DNA of 64,000 bases from Eledone cirrhosa (lineage: Eukaryota): NCBI GenBank assembly GCA_964016885.1, contig OZ024747.1, positions 88,350,001 to 88,414,000 of the forward strand, given 5' to 3'. The notes beneath the pieces are model-generated. The model had not been told where the DNA came from. It saw only the letters and a program-made list of their open reading frames with translations, and made no database searches. Position numbers and translations under genes: made by a program. Shown one piece after another: positions 63,437 to 64,000 of the stretch (positions are counted from its first letter, which is position 1; every line of letters begins with the position of its first letter).

Positions 63437-64000
63437 ATCTGTATATATATAACATTAAGTATGTGTGTGTGTGTGTGCGTGTGTGTGTGTGTGTCTGTGT
63501 CTGTGTGTCTGTGTATTTCCTATAGGGGCCTACATCTTACGACCGATTTTCATGAAACTTTACAGGTTCATAGATTAGTCATCGGGGAGTGTTTTCTATA
63601 TATCAGCGTATCGTTTCTTTTATTCCGGGGTCATTCTGCAGATAAAAATCTATAGGGGGGGGAGGGGGTCACCTTTCTTGAGGTATCGAAAAGTAAGATT
63701 GTTGGCTGTAGCTCCAACATTTTCCCACCGATTTCGTTCGAATTTTAAAGCAAAATAGAATTTATCATTGCACATCCTGTAATGGTTTTATATTTTGCAT
63801 TTGTTGTTCACGGACGGCGTGGCAGCCACTTAAATATTCAAAAATACCACTTTTAGACTCAAATTTCCACCTTTTCGGCTCTAGCTCCCACATTAATCAA
63901 CCTACTTTGTTCAAATGTTACACTACGCTAGATCTGATTATTTCACGTCTTAAATATTCGAAAATACCACATTTTCGCTCAAATTTCCGCGTTTTCGGCT
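63437..64000 (+). mobile_element. Probable non-autonomous Helitron/Helentron-like element (runs off window)
   Basis: Starts atctgtatatatataa, then a GT microsatellite and the accgattttcatgaaacttt motif. A ~50-bp internal unit repeats at about 63829 and 63949. Confidence 0.45.

Overview
AT-rich animal genomic DNA with no host exon I could recognise. The SINE families and microsatellite load suggest an octopus or other coleoid cephalopod (inference). The window is almost entirely mobile elements and simple repeats. (1) One apparently intact, full-length Tx1-clade LINE (ORF1 with CCHC knuckle; ORF2 APE-RT-CCHC) sits inside a (TCTA)n tract, with two related fragments elsewhere. (2) A decayed R4/Dong-type RLE LINE is present. 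(3) An RTE-type LINE 3' end with three zinc-finger-like motifs occurs with two non-autonomous partner families that keep its 3' stem-loop; one family also keeps a zinc-finger relic. (4) Other elements include six CRE-like 3' fragments, further RTE fragments, a Chapaev3-like transposon end, a MITE pair, a Helitron-like start and more than 25 tRNA-derived SINE copies, five of them in tandem. The most notable unannotated signal is at least 10 hand-foldable type I hammerhead ribozyme motifs, plus decayed and half copies. They have divergent stems but an intact CUGANGA/GAAA core and mostly palindromic stem III. They lie in short non-coding islands in or next to (TA)n tracts, many of which form fold-back inverted repeats, matching Penelope-like or retrozyme-like elements. 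Different retroelement families appear to occupy different microsatellites. All structures were folded by eye and no database searches were run.
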